The notes under the pieces are model-generated. The model ran no database searches. It was not told where the DNA came from and was given only the letters and a program-made list of their open reading frames with translations. Of a DNA stretch of 64,000 nt, positions 13,655-34,650 are shown piece after piece. The stretch's first letter is position 1; every line of letters begins with the position of its first letter. The stretch is from the human T2T-CHM13v2.0 reference genome, Homo sapiens. The stretch lies in NCBI RefSeq assembly GCF_009914755.1, contig NC_060946.1. One strand, written 5' to 3'. A program made the translations under genes and the position numbers.

Positions 13655-15419
13655 GTAGGAGGCCTGGGGCTGGCAGCCGCCCTTTGTCCCACCCTGGCCT
13701 CTCCCTTGGCCTCCAGGGAGTGAAGATTATCTCAACATCCAGGAGTCTAAAGTGCCAGGTGCCACAGGGGCAGGGCAGAGGGTGCTACCTCTGAGGCCCG
13801 CCTACCAGGGAGGACCAACACCACACAGATGGCCCCAGGTGGCATGGGTGCTCTAGGGAAGGGGGCACCTAGCAGGGATGTGCACCTCATTGGGGGACCC
13901 AGGATACCCTCTCCCAGAGAAAAGGGGTCTGAGCTGAGCCCTGCAGAATGCTGAGTGGTTACCCCGTCCAGGAGCCAGGGGCAGCAGGGCAGAGTGCGGC
14001 CTGCAGGCTTGGAGGTGTGAGAGGCTGGCTCACAGAGGGCCCTCTGGACCAGGCGGGAGCCTAGGCTTTCCCTGAGCGGGATCAGACGCTCTTGGAAGGA
14101 CCGTGGGGTGGTGGGCAGGGGCAGCCTGGGAGGAGCAGACACATGTGTGCAGTGATGGCTACTGTCAGGAGGTCTGTGCAGATGCTTGGAGGGGGCTGGG
14201 GCCAGCAGAGTCGGGTGGATTCAGAGATGAGTTCACTGAAAAGGAGGCCAGACTGAGCTGTTTTCTTGTCCTGGGCTTATCAAGGAATACTGCGTGTCCA
14301 CAGTGTCTGTCGGGCCGGGAGAGCTGAGGAGGAGAGGGGGGTGCAGCTACAGGGACACAGTAGACGGAGCGTTCAGTTCTGTCTTTGAATTCTGAGCCTC
14401 TGGGTTCTGCTTCCAGCCCCCACTGCTGGGTGCGAGATGGCCCTGGGCAAGGACCTCGCCTTGCTGGGGCTCCCCTTCATGGTTCAAGGGCATGGGCACC
14501 AAGCCCTCCCTCGGTGGCAACATGAGAAGAAGTGGCTCCTGCAGGAAATGACCAGGGTGTTGTCACCTGCCTGTGGAGGAAGCGGGAACGCAGGTGGCGA
14601 TGGTGGTGGAGCAGACGCTGGCCTGGCCCTGCCTCTTGCTCCTGCTGCCCTCGGCCTGGGAGCACATGGCCCCTCCCGCCTCTGTGGCAGCCTGAATGCC
14701 CAGGGCCTGTGGCTGGCCAGCTTGAGCCGTTAGGATGGAGTTGAGCTGCAAGGAACAGAACCGGCCTCCCCGCAGTAGTGGCTAAGATCATCTGTGAGTT
14801 TATCCTACTGAGCTGTTAGGTCCCAAGAGAGCCAGGCCACAGTTGCCAGGGCTGGCCCTGCTCTGTGAAGGCCCCAAGTCTCTAGGATTTTCTACCATGT
14901 CACTCTGCTGTGTGTGGCCTCCATTCCCAAAGTCACCTCATGATCCAGGAGGGCTGCTACAGCCCTCACATCACGTCCCAGGCTGTAGAATGGAGGAAGT
15001 AGAAGGGAAGGGGCAAAAGGTATGTGCCTTCTATCTTTTAAGGAAGGTTCCAGAAGCCACCATATTGAATACTTACAGTTATATCTCATTGGCCACAACT
15101 TAGTCTCATGCTCACACCTCACCACAAGACCACCTGGGAAGCGTAATCTCTACTCTGGGTGGCCATATACCCTGTCGCCACTTCCAGCCCTGGGCCGCTG
15201 GGGAAGGCAGCATGGGCGAGAAGACAGGAGGGGCCACTTCTGCCGCAGCGCCCCGGCCCAGTGGAGCAGCTGGCTCACCTGCTTGTTCAAGCAGCCCACT
15301 CGAGCCTTGCCAAAGTGCTGGCACGGGGCAGTGACAGGAGGCCCAACCCCTGTGGGTGACAAGCCCCCGGTCTGGGGAGATCACTCAGGCCGCTCTGGAG
15401 CTCTGTGCCAAGGAACTGT

Positions 15420-15797
15420 ATGGGTGTCCTGGGGCTGCCATAAACCGCAGGGGTGGATCATCTCCTGGGTCCAGCAGTCCGAGATCCTGGTACCAGCAGG
15501 TTGGGTTCCTTCCGGGTGCCATGACAGAAGTATGTGTTCCAGGCCTCTGTCCTCGGCTCGCAGATGGTCCACTTCTCCCTGTATATCTTCACCTCGTGTT
15601 CCCCTGTGCACGTCCTCTACCCGCACACCCCCTTTTTATGAGGACACAGTCATATTGAATTAGGGTCCGCTCTGATGGCCTCATCTTAGTGTGATCACCT
15701 CTGCGAAGGCCCTGTCTCCAAATAAGGTCACACTGAAGTGTTGGGGCTTGGACTCCACCATGTCTCTTCTGGGGGAAGGCACGATTCCAGTCCCCAC
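15420..15797 (-). mobile_element. MLT1-family MaLR LTR in ABCD1 intron 7
   Basis: Typical MLT1 antisense motifs: ttttatgaggacacagtcatattgaattagggtcc, ctccaaataaggtcaca. Confidence 0.7.
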
Positions 15798-15949
15798 TCC
15801 TCCATGATTAATGCCTGTCAGACAAGGACGCAGAGGCACAGGGGCCCTGTCGTCACAGCTAGCTCATTCCCGCAGCTCCCCCAGCTCCCCGGCTGGCCCC
15901 CAGGTCTGGGTACTGGTGGAACTGAGCCAAGACCATTGCCCCTGCCTAG

Positions 15950-16034
15950 GTTGGGAGGCTATGTGTGACTGGAAGGACATCCTGCCGGGTGGCAAGAAGC
16001 AGAGAATCGGCATGGCCTGCATGTTCTACCACAG
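15950..16034 (+). pseudogene. ABCD1P: ABCD1 pseudo-exon 8 (85 bp), ABC signature region
   Basis: cctag|GTTGGGAG...CCACAG|gtgag; [28 protein letters not shown]. Confidence 0.95.
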
Positions 16035-16121
16035 GTGAGCACTCCAGGCTGGCAGGCTCCCTGGGGTCCCCTGGAAGGAGAAGTAGCAGCTGTGGGGAGG
16101 CCTGGGCTCAGTGGAGCCTGA

Positions 16122-17690
<1,569 letters not shown>

Positions 17691-18619
17691 CCTCCCTGCC
17701 TCAGAGTCTGGTGGTGTCTGCTGCGGGTCTTGGGGAGAGATGGAGGAGAGGGAGTGGGTTGCCTGTGGGGGAAAGAGTGAGTTTGGGAAAGGAGTGGGCC
17801 TGACCCCCAAGCCCCTCCGTGGGGGAAAGTCACCAGAAGACATGGTCCAACATGCCCTCCACCGAGCATCACGCCAATGCTCTTAGGATTCCTGTGATGG
17901 TGGCGGGGCAGAACCTGCAACAACATTGCACAGAAATAATGGCTGAGCCCAAATAGGACTAGGGGAGGGGATCATGCTGGTCCCTGTGGGAGGAGCACGA
18001 AGGCAAGAGAAGGGATGTCTAAGCTGCCACACAGGGTGCTGCTGGCCCTTCTAGGGAGAGGAGGCCACTTGTGCAGGGGCCTGGGGGGGGAACTGGGAGC
18101 ACAGTGCAGGGTGTTCGTGCTGCATGCAGGGGAAGGGAGGGCAGGGGAAGGGAGGGCTGCGGCTGGTGGGCCTTGGAGGACACACTACAGAGACAGGACT
18201 TAGCCCAGAGGCCACCGAGGAGCTTTCGGCAACAGGGAAGCAGTGTCGAGTACTGCAGGCCACGTGGCTGCATGTGAGGGTGGCTGGTGGGAATAGAGTG
18301 CAGCAGCCCATCTGACCTCAGAGGCATGAGAACTGAGAACAGCTGTGCGGCCATACCTTTATGCATGGATGGCCATAGCCTCCCAAAGGTGGGACAGCCT
18401 GAGTGTTCATCAACAGACAAATGGACAAACAGCCTGTCCATAAGGCACAGTGCCATTCCACCATAACACGACAGATAGACCTCAAAGAGTTCATGCTGGG
18501 TGAAAGAAGCCAGACACAAATGTCCAGAATAGGCTCATCAGGACAGAAAGCAGATGAGTGGGTGTCAGGGGCTGGGGCAGGGGAAGGAAAATGGGGCAGG
18601 AGCAGTCCTTTTCAAAACA

Positions 18620-18939
18620 TTTTCTATTTATTTTTTATTTTTTAATGAGACAGACTGGGTCTCACCCTGTCACCCAGGCTGGAGTGCAGTGGTGCATTCA
18701 TAACTCACTGCAGCCTTGATCTCCCGGGCTCAAGCAATCCTGCCCCAGCCTCCTGAGTAGCTGGAACCACAGGCGTGTGCCACCATACCCTGCTAATTTT
18801 GTGATTTTTTTTTTTTTTTTTTTGTAGACAGGATCTCACTATGTTGCCCAGGCTGGTCTCAAACTGCTGAGCTCAAGCGATCGTCCTGCCTCAGCCTCCC
18901 ACAGTGCTGGATTACAGGCATGAGCCACCACACCCAGCC
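18620..18939 (-). mobile_element. Alu (AluJ-like)
   Basis: Antisense dimeric Alu with T-rich tail and linker. Confidence 0.9.
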
Positions 18940-19054
18940 TCGGGTTTCTTTTTATTTCGAAGAAAATGTTCTGGAACTATAGAGCATACTAAATGCCACT
19001 GAATTGTGCACTTTAAAGGGATTGATTGTATATTTTGTGAATATCACCTCGAAA

Positions 19055-19575
19055 ACAGACAGATAGATGATTGATGGATAAATTGATACATAGATATATA
19101 GATATATAGACATGATGTAGATAATTGATAGATGATGGATGATTCATAGGTGCTAAGTGATAGATAAAATACATGATAGATACATGGATAGATAGATGAA
19201 TAGAGAGAGATGATAGATGATTTAAAAATTTTTTTTAGAGATGAGATCTCACTATCTTGCCCAGTCTGGACTTGATCTGCTAGCATCAAGCAGTCCTCCT
19301 GCCTCAGCCTCCTGAGTTACTGGGACTACAGGCACATGCTACTGTGCCTGGTGATAGATAAATTATTGAAAGATAAACATGATAGAGGCATAAATGATAG
19401 ATAGATGGATAGACATGATAAAGGGTAGATAGGAAGATACATGGGATAGATCAATGATTGATTATAGAAGTAAATTATATAGATTAACAGATTATTGATT
19501 ATAGATTAATAGGTGGATAGCTGATTGATAGATGATTGATCGATTGATTGGTTGACTGATTGATGGAGAGAGACA
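19055..19575. repeat. Degenerate (GATA)n/(GATT)n simple repeat interrupted by an antisense Alu monomer (~19230-19351)
   Basis: gatagatagatg... tracts flank gagatctcactatcttgcccag...gcctcagcctcctgag. Confidence 0.85.
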
Positions 19576-20345
19576 GAGAAGCAAGCATAGCCATTGCAGC
19601 CACCCAGACAAGACATGCTGAGGCCTGGAGTTCCAGAAGGTTCGAGCAGTTGGAAGAACTTGACAGGCATGGGGGCAGCTTCTTCAGGGAGTGGAGGGGG
19701 CAGCAAGGTACCACTGAGTTCTGGTTGGAAGGTTAGGTGAGCGACAGCACCCTTGGTAGACAGAGGCAGCTCCAAAGTGGGGGAAGGCCTGGGGAGCAGG
19801 TGCAGTCCGAGGGGATGGTGCGTAGGCAGTTGGTTCAGAGCTTGGGGCTCCTCAGTGGGACATGGGTCAGCAGGGAGGCCAGTGGTCATTGAAGCTTGGA
19901 TGGAGACAGCCTGGCTGAGGGGAGGGGCATGCTTGGCATCTCATTTAGGGGACAGGAGGTAGACTGTTTACCTGTATTTTGAGATTACGATTTATTCCTG
20001 ATCCCAGGAGGTGGCCGATTCGGAGGGCTGGGAGTTGTTCCTCCATTTCTTTTGATGATTGTGTAAGTCACCCATGCTTGATCATAAACCCCTTTTGTTT
20101 ATTTTTGACACATAGCTGGAATGGCTCTAATTACTACAGATAGAAGGAGACACATCTGGCAAAGACCATCCAAAAGGAAGCTAGTGGAGAGAAGCTCATA
20201 TCGCACAAAGTAGGCTCCAGGGCAAAATCATTATTAGGATTAAAAGTGGTTGCAGCATACTGATGAGTATTCATTCCAAAGCATTAACTGGTGGGGGAGG
20301 GGTGGGGGAAAAAGGATAAATACATAAATAATTTAATTATTTTCA

Positions 20346-20650
<305 letters not shown>

Positions 20651-20833
20651 TTAGCCATTCTGATCTTGTGTGCACCTGCATAATGATAGAGCCTCAAATG
20701 ACTACAAAACAAAAAAGTGTCAAGAAAAGGAAAAATTAATAAATGAGCAAATTCTCCACGCAGGAAATTATACTACTTCTCACTGGAACTGCTGGTTTAA
20801 GCAGGCTCAATTAGGAAGAATATAGAAAAATTG

Positions 20834-21121
20834 GGCCAGGCATAGTGTTTCATGCTTGTAATCCCAACACTTTGGGAGGCGAAAGCAGGCAGATTACTTG
20901 AGGTCAGGAGTTTGAGACCAGCTTGGCCAACATGCTGAAAATAAAATAAAAAATACAAAAATGAGCCAGATGTGGTGGCTCATGCCTGTAATCCCAGCTA
21001 CTCGGGTGGCTAAGGCAGGAGAATCACTTGAACTTGAGGTTTCAGTGAGCTGAGATCATGCCCCTGCACTCCAGCCTGGGCAACAGAGTGAGACTCTGTC
21101 AAAAAATAAAAATAAAAAAAA
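20834..21121 (+). mobile_element. Alu
   Basis: Dimeric Alu with A tail. Confidence 0.9.
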
Positions 21122-21360
21122 GAATATGGAAAAGTTGAACAAACTTGATTTAGTGGGCACCCAAAAACTACAGACCACACATTGTTTTCAAGTTCACCTT
21201 GGACATTTACTAACACTCACCATGTCCTAGGCTGCAAAACAAGACTCAACAAATAGCAAAAGAACTTGCATCACACCAGCCATGTTCTTGATGCAACAGA
21301 ATAAAGGCATAAATTGGCAACCAAACTAAAATTAAGGGCTCCCTTATGTTTGGAAATTTA

Positions 21361-21540
<180 letters not shown>

Positions 21541-21669
21541 GCACTGGTCCGAGAAGAATTAGAATGAAAATCTAAAAGCATTTAGAACCGAACAATGAAA
21601 ACTATGTACAAAAGCTTAAGCCATGTAGCCCAAGCAGTACTGCAAGGAAATTTTTAAAAAAAAAAGTGT

Positions 21670-21963
<294 letters not shown>

Positions 21964-23251
21964 GTGTAAAAAATAGAAATAATATTATGAAGTACAGAGG
22001 GATCTCCCTGCAGGCACCACTGGGAGCTGAAACATCAGGGGCACCTGGGGGGTGAAAGACATGAGTGGGAACAACTTCAGACCTTGCTTCTCCTCCAAAC
22101 ACCTCTAAAAGGAATGCAAAGGGATTGCAGATGTAAAAGGGAAGAGTTCACAGCAGAGAGTGAGAGGAGCGCCTGCCAGGAACATCACAGAAGCTGGAAA
22201 ACAAGTGGGGGAGTGACAACTGATTCAAGGGATCAGCGTGAACTTGGAAAAAAGTGGTGGGAAGCACCAAGGGCACGTGCCCACAGAGGAAAGGCCACAT
22301 GAGGCCACCACCCAGAATAGAGGCCTTGGAAGAAACCAACCCTGCTGGCACCGTGATCCTGGGCTTCCAGGCTGCAGGACTGTCAGACCATTACGGTGTT
22401 GGACCGACACTGTAATGAAAGAAGTAGTGATAGCACACATGGCTGTTTCGCTCCAGTTCTAAAAGGGGGAAGGATGCCAGGTGTGGTGGTCTCCAGAAGG
22501 CCCTTCCATGTTTCTCTGTGGCACCCGCAGTGCCTGGATGTCAGCACTGGGAGAAACCGCCTCCAGATTCATCTGTAAAATCCGAGCATCAGTGAGCTCA
22601 ACTCTCCCGCTTTCTCAGCTCTCTGTTTCCATTAGGTTTGGTTGATCTGGGTGAGGGCCAGCATCAGAGGTAAACCCAAATCTGTTCTCTGTGGACTGAC
22701 CTCTTCTCCCTTCTCTTACATGTCTGCCATGTCCACTAGCCTGTGAGCTTCAGGAGACAAAGCAGCATGTTACTTCTTCCTGATACCCCCGAAACTTGCA
22801 CAGTACATGCTATAAAATGCAGATTCATTGAGGGCTCTTTGCATTACAATTTTGAGAAAGAATCATGAACCATGATTTAACGTCTCTTCCCATCAAACCC
22901 CAGGCCCATAGAGCAATTGTCTTTACCTGTGATGCACACCTCCTACCTGTCCTCCCACCTGTCCTCCCCGCAGCCCGGCATCTCTGTCCTGCAGACCAAA
23001 CACAAAACTCATTGCCATCCCTCTTCAACCTGGCTTCCTTTCTGACTTCCCTTCAGGTGCCCCAGGCAGAACCATGGGGATCATCTGACCCTCTGTCTCC
23101 CTCATCCTTCCCTATCCCACCAGCCCGTGTCCTACTGACTCAGTCCTTAAAGTCCCTCTGGCTCCCCACCGGATCCTCAGTGTCTGGTAGTACGGTGCCT
23201 GACGTGGGAGGTACACAGCGACCACTAGGTGAATACAAGAATGATGTGATT

Positions 23252-23379
23252 GGCCAGGCGCTGTGGCTCATGCCTGTAATCCCAGCACTTTAGGAGGCCG
23301 AGGCAGGCGGATCACGAGGTCAGGAGATCGAGACCATCCTGGCTAACAGGGTGAAACCCCGTATCTACTAAAAATACAA
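23252..23379 (+). mobile_element. AluY/Sc left arm truncated at the central linker
   Basis: gatcacgaggtcaggagatcgagaccatcctggctaac then ctactaaaaatacaa followed by non-Alu sequence. Confidence 0.88.
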
Positions 23380-23989
23380 TTCTGGTCATGCGCAGGTACT
23401 ATTCATCAAGAAAGGTATTACAACTTCAGAAATGTGTTCAAAATGTATCCATACCTTGACATATTAATGAAGTAATCACATTCTACACAAAACTACTCCA
23501 TATGGAATATTGGGGAGGGGGTGTTCCAAATAAAGAGACTGAGGATTTCTCATGAGAACTCAGTGTCTGCTAGAAAATATCTAAGTAAAATATTTTACTT
23601 ATGCAGAAAGTGTGGATGTTTGTGCATCAAAAGTTTCAAGAATCCCTAAAATGTACAATGGAGATGAGGAGAAAATATCAGAATTTCCCAGCACCAGAAA
23701 TGAGGCAAGAAAAAATTCAGAGGAGTTGTAAATGTGAAAAGCCAATGGCTGGTCACACAGCAACATTGATAACCTTGTGCCAGGACAACTAGAATAAATA
23801 CATAAACATACAGATTGAAAATATTTCCAATATTAGATCTCCCTCATGTGAGAACTAAATTATAAAGATTGAAGCATATAAGAAAATAAGCTACCAGAAT
23901 TTAGGCTACCAGAATAAATTCAATTACACATAAATTTCTGACATTGAAATTGTCACAAATGTTTAAGTTGGCAGTGGAAGACAAAGGAC

Positions 23990-28848
<4,859 letters not shown>

Positions 28849-29146
28849 ACCCTGACCCTGACCCCTGACCCTGACCCCGACCCCTGACCCTGACCCCTAA
28901 CCCCTGACCCTGACCCCTAACCCCTGACCATAACCCTAACCCCTAACCCTAACCCTAACACCTAACCCCAACCCTCACCCTCACCCTAACCCAACCCTAA
29001 CACCTAATCCCTAACCCCTAACCTCTCTTAACCCCTCACTCTAAACGTTGACTCCTAACCCCTAACTCTGACCCCAACTTCTATCTCCAACCCCTAACCG
29101 TAAACTTAACCCCTAACCCCTAACCCTAACACCAACCTTAACCCTA
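28849..29146. repeat. Interstitial telomeric repeat array (CCCTAA with CCCTGA, CCCTCA, CCCCAA variants), C-rich strand on +
   Basis: About 300 bp of canonical and variant telomere hexamers. Confidence 0.95.
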
Positions 29147-29745
29147 GGTTCATTACTACGTTTGTATTGACTATGTCAATGTTGATTATTATGATCGCTG
29201 TCTTAGGACTGCACGGCAGCGAGGGGATTGTGGATCTTATATTAATGTTTTTGTATTGAGGCAGTGCATTAGCACTACAGGTGCTTGTTACATGAGCAAT
29301 GGGGGTGTCATATTTTGGGTGTCATGTCTGCATTAGGAATGCTGCATTTGTCTTCCGAGACTGCGGTGTGGATCTCGCACTGCGGCCACCTCGCCTTGGC
29401 AGGGGAGAAACTCAGTGGGCAGGATTCAGAGGGGCTATTGGTTTCCCGTTTTCCACACTGAACCCGTCTGACTGGTCTCTGACCCTGATTATTCAGGGCT
29501 GCAAACAGGAAGGATTTTATTCACCGTCGATGCGGCCCCGAGTTGTCCCAAAGCGAGGCAGTGCCCCCAAGGTCTGTGCTGAGGAGAACGCTGCTCTGCC
29601 TTTGCGGTGGCCCCCCAGGTCTGTGCTGAGCAGAACACACCTCATCCTGTGCTGAGGAGAAGGCAGCTCCGCCCTCCCAAAGGCACACAGCGCCAGCGCA
29701 GGGCGCCGAGAAGCGCACCCGAACCCGAATCCTAACCCTAACGCC
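29147..29745. repeat. TAR1 telomere-associated repeat with 61-bp-type units and a second short telomere-like tract (29718-29742)
   Basis: Repeated ctgtgctgaggagaacg...ctccgcc units and gcgccagcgcagggcgcc as in human subtelomeres; cccgaacccgaatcctaaccctaa. Confidence 0.85.
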
Positions 29746-30390
29746 GTCCTAAGAGCCCTGGGGAGACCTTAGGGAACAAGCATTAAACTGACACTCGAGT
29801 CTGTAGCCGGATCTGCCAAAAGACTTGGGGTTGGGGTGATATGAGGGCAAGGGTCAGGGAAGAAAGCGTTCTTGTTTTAGACCCACAGGAAGATCTGTGA
29901 AGTGCACTTGGGTAGAGCACATGTTGCCTGGAGTGCGCTTGAAAAGAGCCTAAGAAGAGGGGGCGTCTGGAAGGAACTGCAACGCCAAGGGAGGGTGTCC
30001 AGCCTTCCCGCTTCAACACCTGGACACATTCCGGAAAGTTTCCTCAGAAAGCCAGAAAAATAAAAAAAATAAAAATAAAATCCAGAGGGCGGGGGGTGGG
30101 GGAGGGGCTAATGGGGCTTTACTGGGACTATCTGTCTTAGTCCTCCAAAGAACCCTACCATAGCAGCCCATCAGTCCTCTGAGACAGGTGAGGAACCTGA
30201 GATCACAGGGGGACACCCAGAAGGTCCAAGCAGAGCACCCTAGGCCCCCCACACCTCCCCTCGTGGCAGCTCCAACCCCAGCTTTTTCACTGGTAAGGCA
30301 CGTCGGCTGCTGGGCCACGCCCACTCCCCCAAGCGGGAGTTTGATAAACAAACTGTTAATTATTATTACCTATATCTGGATGGGTTATGA

Positions 30391-30720
<330 letters not shown>

Positions 30721-31147
30721 TAAAGTATATTTTTGTTTTCAAAAATTGTGTGGTATGCATGAGTTTTATAGCAAGAAAAAATTATAACTTATTTTGAATT
30801 AAATTCCATTGTTTTAAAATTAAGCAATAGGTGAGCTCGAATTTTAAGCTCCAAAAATGACCAAGAACTTCTTTGATTCCCTTTTAAACCTGTTGTCTGT
30901 TTTAGTCACTCATATGGAATCATTCATAGGTTTTTACTTAAAATCTAAACCAAATAATAAAGTAACTGTTTAAATTGTTAGATTGTGAATATGGCTCAGT
31001 TGGATGTAAAATGTAACTATTACTTAGGAAAACGATCTGATTTTTTTTAGCAAGCGATATTCTTTCTTTCTGAGAGCATTTCACAAATGTTTCTACCTAA
31101 TGAATCATATTTTAAAAATAACACTTGTAATTCTTTTTTCTTTTTAG

Positions 31148-31237
31148 TTTCCTGCCTGCGATGGTTCACATAATAAACACAATGAATTGACAGGAGATAA
31201 TGTGGGTCCACTAATACTGAAGAAGAAAGAAGTATAA
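31148..31237 (+). pseudogene. CISD2: Duplicated terminal coding exon of CISD2 (CDGSH iron-sulfur domain 2); upstream exons absent; AT-rich 3'UTR follows
   Basis: ttttag|TTT CCT GCC TGC GAT GGT TCA CAT... = FPACDGSHNKHNELTGDNVGPLILKKKEV* (too short for the ORF track); AATAAA candidates at 31449 and 36569. Confidence 0.92.
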
Positions 31238-32074
31238 TAATAATAACAATATTTTCTCATTCTTTGTGTATAGAAAATTTTAAAATGGTGGTCTTAATTA
31301 TTACTACTGGTTGAAAAATTATTTCTTCCAATTTATTTTCTTCCTGCACTACTGTTTGTATTTGATCCTTTGTCTATTCAGTCACTTAATTAGAAATTAA
31401 ATTGTCAAGCCTCTTATTCTGACTTCAAAGGATTAATGTATCTTCCAACAATAAAATCACTTCTGATTTTAATCTAGGAAAACCTAAATTGTGGCTATGG
31501 ATCCAAAGCTGTTTGTTTCTTTGAATATCAATATTTTCAACAGGATCTTGTTTTTAAAATTCCCGCTTACATTGTTAAATATGTTATTTTTTCATATCTC
31601 TTTTGGTTTTGATAATCTGAAGTGTTTTTTTCTCCTTTTGGCCTTCCAAACTGCATTTGTTTAGGTGAATTAAGAAAAATATTGCCATCAAGAATTACTT
31701 GTGTTTTCACAGAGATAGACTCTTTGCTTTACAGAGATTGTTGGGTATTTAATATGAATATCCCAGCTTTAGAAAAGAAGTAAACTGGATACAAAAAGTT
31801 CCATTGAGGAACAGTTATTTACAGTATAAAAGATTTGTTTACTTTACAAAAGGCTTGTGTCTGTTTGTGTGTGTGTATATTTTAAACTGTTTGACTCAGT
31901 GGCAGCTGGGGTGGAATGGCAAGAACACTTACAACCAAGCTCATGGGCTGCTGCAATTTGAAGATCAATTGGTAATAAATATAAGACATATTAATTCATA
32001 TTAAAATAGTTCTGTGTTCAAAATTGTGGTTATGTGGACATTTTTCTCTTTTTAACAATATAACCATTAAAATA

Positions 32075-32329
32075 CAGTCATCCCTTGTATACACTGGGGA
32101 CTAGTTCCAGGGCCACACATATACTAAAATCTGCCCATACTCAAGTCTCACAGAAAGTCTTGCAGAACCCATATGTAGAAAAGTTGGCCCTCCAATTGAA
32201 CCTCCGTACACATGAGTTTCACATCCCATGCACAAATGCTGATCTGTGTGATCTCACCTGCATTTGACTGAAAAAAGTATGCGCATAAGTGTACCCACCC
32301 AGTTCAAACCCATGTGTAAGTGTCAACTG
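32075..32329. mobile_element. MER2-like Tigger DNA transposon remnant
   Basis: TA|cagtcatccctt ... gtgtcaactg|TA termini with TA TSD. Confidence 0.75.
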
Positions 32330-34352
32330 TACAAAAAAGTTTATGAAATAAACGTATCGGAGAATCTTTAAAATTTTTGTGCTTTTTAATCCTACTATTA
32401 TGAGCCTTTTTAGTTTCATCTTACATTACTACTCTCATAATAGCTATCCTTAGCCAGGTGTCATGGCACAGGCCTGTAGTCCCAACTGCTGGGAAGATTG
32501 AGGTGGGAGGATGGCTGCAGGGCCGGATCCCAGGAGTTCAAGGCCAGGCTGGGCAAAATAGTGCTCTGCCTCTGCTGGGCTCTGTAGGGAATCCTTTCTG
32601 TTCTGAAAGAGTTACCATTTAACCCTCTTCACTGAGTGCATTTCTGAGACCTTGCTAGGCACTATGGAAACTGCTTAGTTGAGAAAAGACAAATACGAAA
32701 GCTTTTCTTTAGTCTATTTAAGATACAATTTATTCAGTTCACTTTGCTTTCTTTTTATAAGAAGGTACAAGAGGCAGAGGTAATCCTTCTAGAAATAAAA
32801 CTAACTGTTATTGAGAACTTGTATGTACCAGACGCTACAATAAGCATGGTACTTGGGTTTTTAATTTATTACATGTAATGTCAGTAGGTTAAATTATATG
32901 ATCAGAACAACTTCATGACCAGCAGCATGTATTTTAGAGTTAGAAATGTAGTCTGGTTTTTGAGAAGTTTTACAAGGTGTATGTCCAAAATTATTGTTCT
33001 TTCCTCACATGTCAGTGGGGGATAAATACAGCATTGCTCTCACTTCTTTGACTCTGGGTACTTTTTCATATACATTTTCTTCAACACTGTTAAGGGGCCT
33101 CACTGTCAGATTAACCAATTATTTTTCCACAGTTGGTCACCAGACTTTGGAAAAAATCCACCTCACCAAAATTTTGGATATCCTGGTCTGTGGTCATGAA
33201 ATGCTTTTCTTTTTGTAAAATCTGTCACTGCGTCTCACAGCAACTTGTTTTCACACATGTTCTAGTGGTTCCCATAACTTAGATTTTACAGGAGGCAAAT
33301 ATGCTAAAAATGAGGAGACTAAAATGAATGACCAACTTTGAATTTTGTCAAATAACATTGAAAATGAATTATCTCATAAAAGGTAATTTTAATACCCCAA
33401 AAGTAAGATGGTTATACTCTCAGAATAAAGACTTTTTCCCTGCCACATTTTCAGTTGTTAAAATATGCTAAGAGCTATGCCCATATCTTTTCCCACCTGT
33501 GCAAATTTTTCAGAAGCCTAGGGTTGGTAGTAAGCTGTTGCTTTAATAACTCTTTTAAATAAGCATTATTAGCAGTTTCCATTATTTCTTGTAAATTTAC
33601 ACAATTTTATCTTGTCCATCTTTAAAATATAGCCATCTAATAACCAAATGTATTTCAATTGATACAGTATAACTAACTTGTAGAACTTGAGGATAAGTGG
33701 TAAAGGGAAAAAAAAGTAACTTGGCTCTTGAAATACGTCTTGGGTTTCTAGAGCCTTCAAAATACAGCCCTGTTGTTACTGTGTCACATTATGATTGTTT
33801 TGAGGGCTACTTCTGCTTACCTAGGAAACTACTCATGCCTTACTCAGCAAATGAACACCACCATTACATAAACATCAGGTATCCAAAAGTGTTAGCAGGC
33901 TTGAGGTATGAATGATTCATTCATATGGGTAATTAAGCAAGTTGAATTATGAAAAGCACCTCACAATTCACACAATTCAGCTTTGAGTTCAAGGCCAAAT
34001 ATGATGATTCATTAAGTTGCCTTTGTATTTTGTAACCTAATTTGTTAATAAGTTACAGGAAGCCAATTAAGCCAGCTGCTCATCTATATAGTACTACCTT
34101 CCTCATTGTGATTCCATAGTCTTCCAATAGAAATGTGCTATCAGAATCTGTATAAAGAGTTTGTAAATTCCACTATTTAACAAGGTTCTTAAGAATTTAG
34201 GTGGATGTTTTGTTTGATACCTACCAAAGAAACTTAACTAATTGTATAACACTTAACCCATTTAGAATTCAGTTGTGGCAGCATAACCAATCTGGAGAGA
34301 CCAGGGGAGATGTTACTAATGCTTGTACTTTATTCAGAAGTGAGTGCCTCAT

Positions 34353-34650
<298 letters not shown>

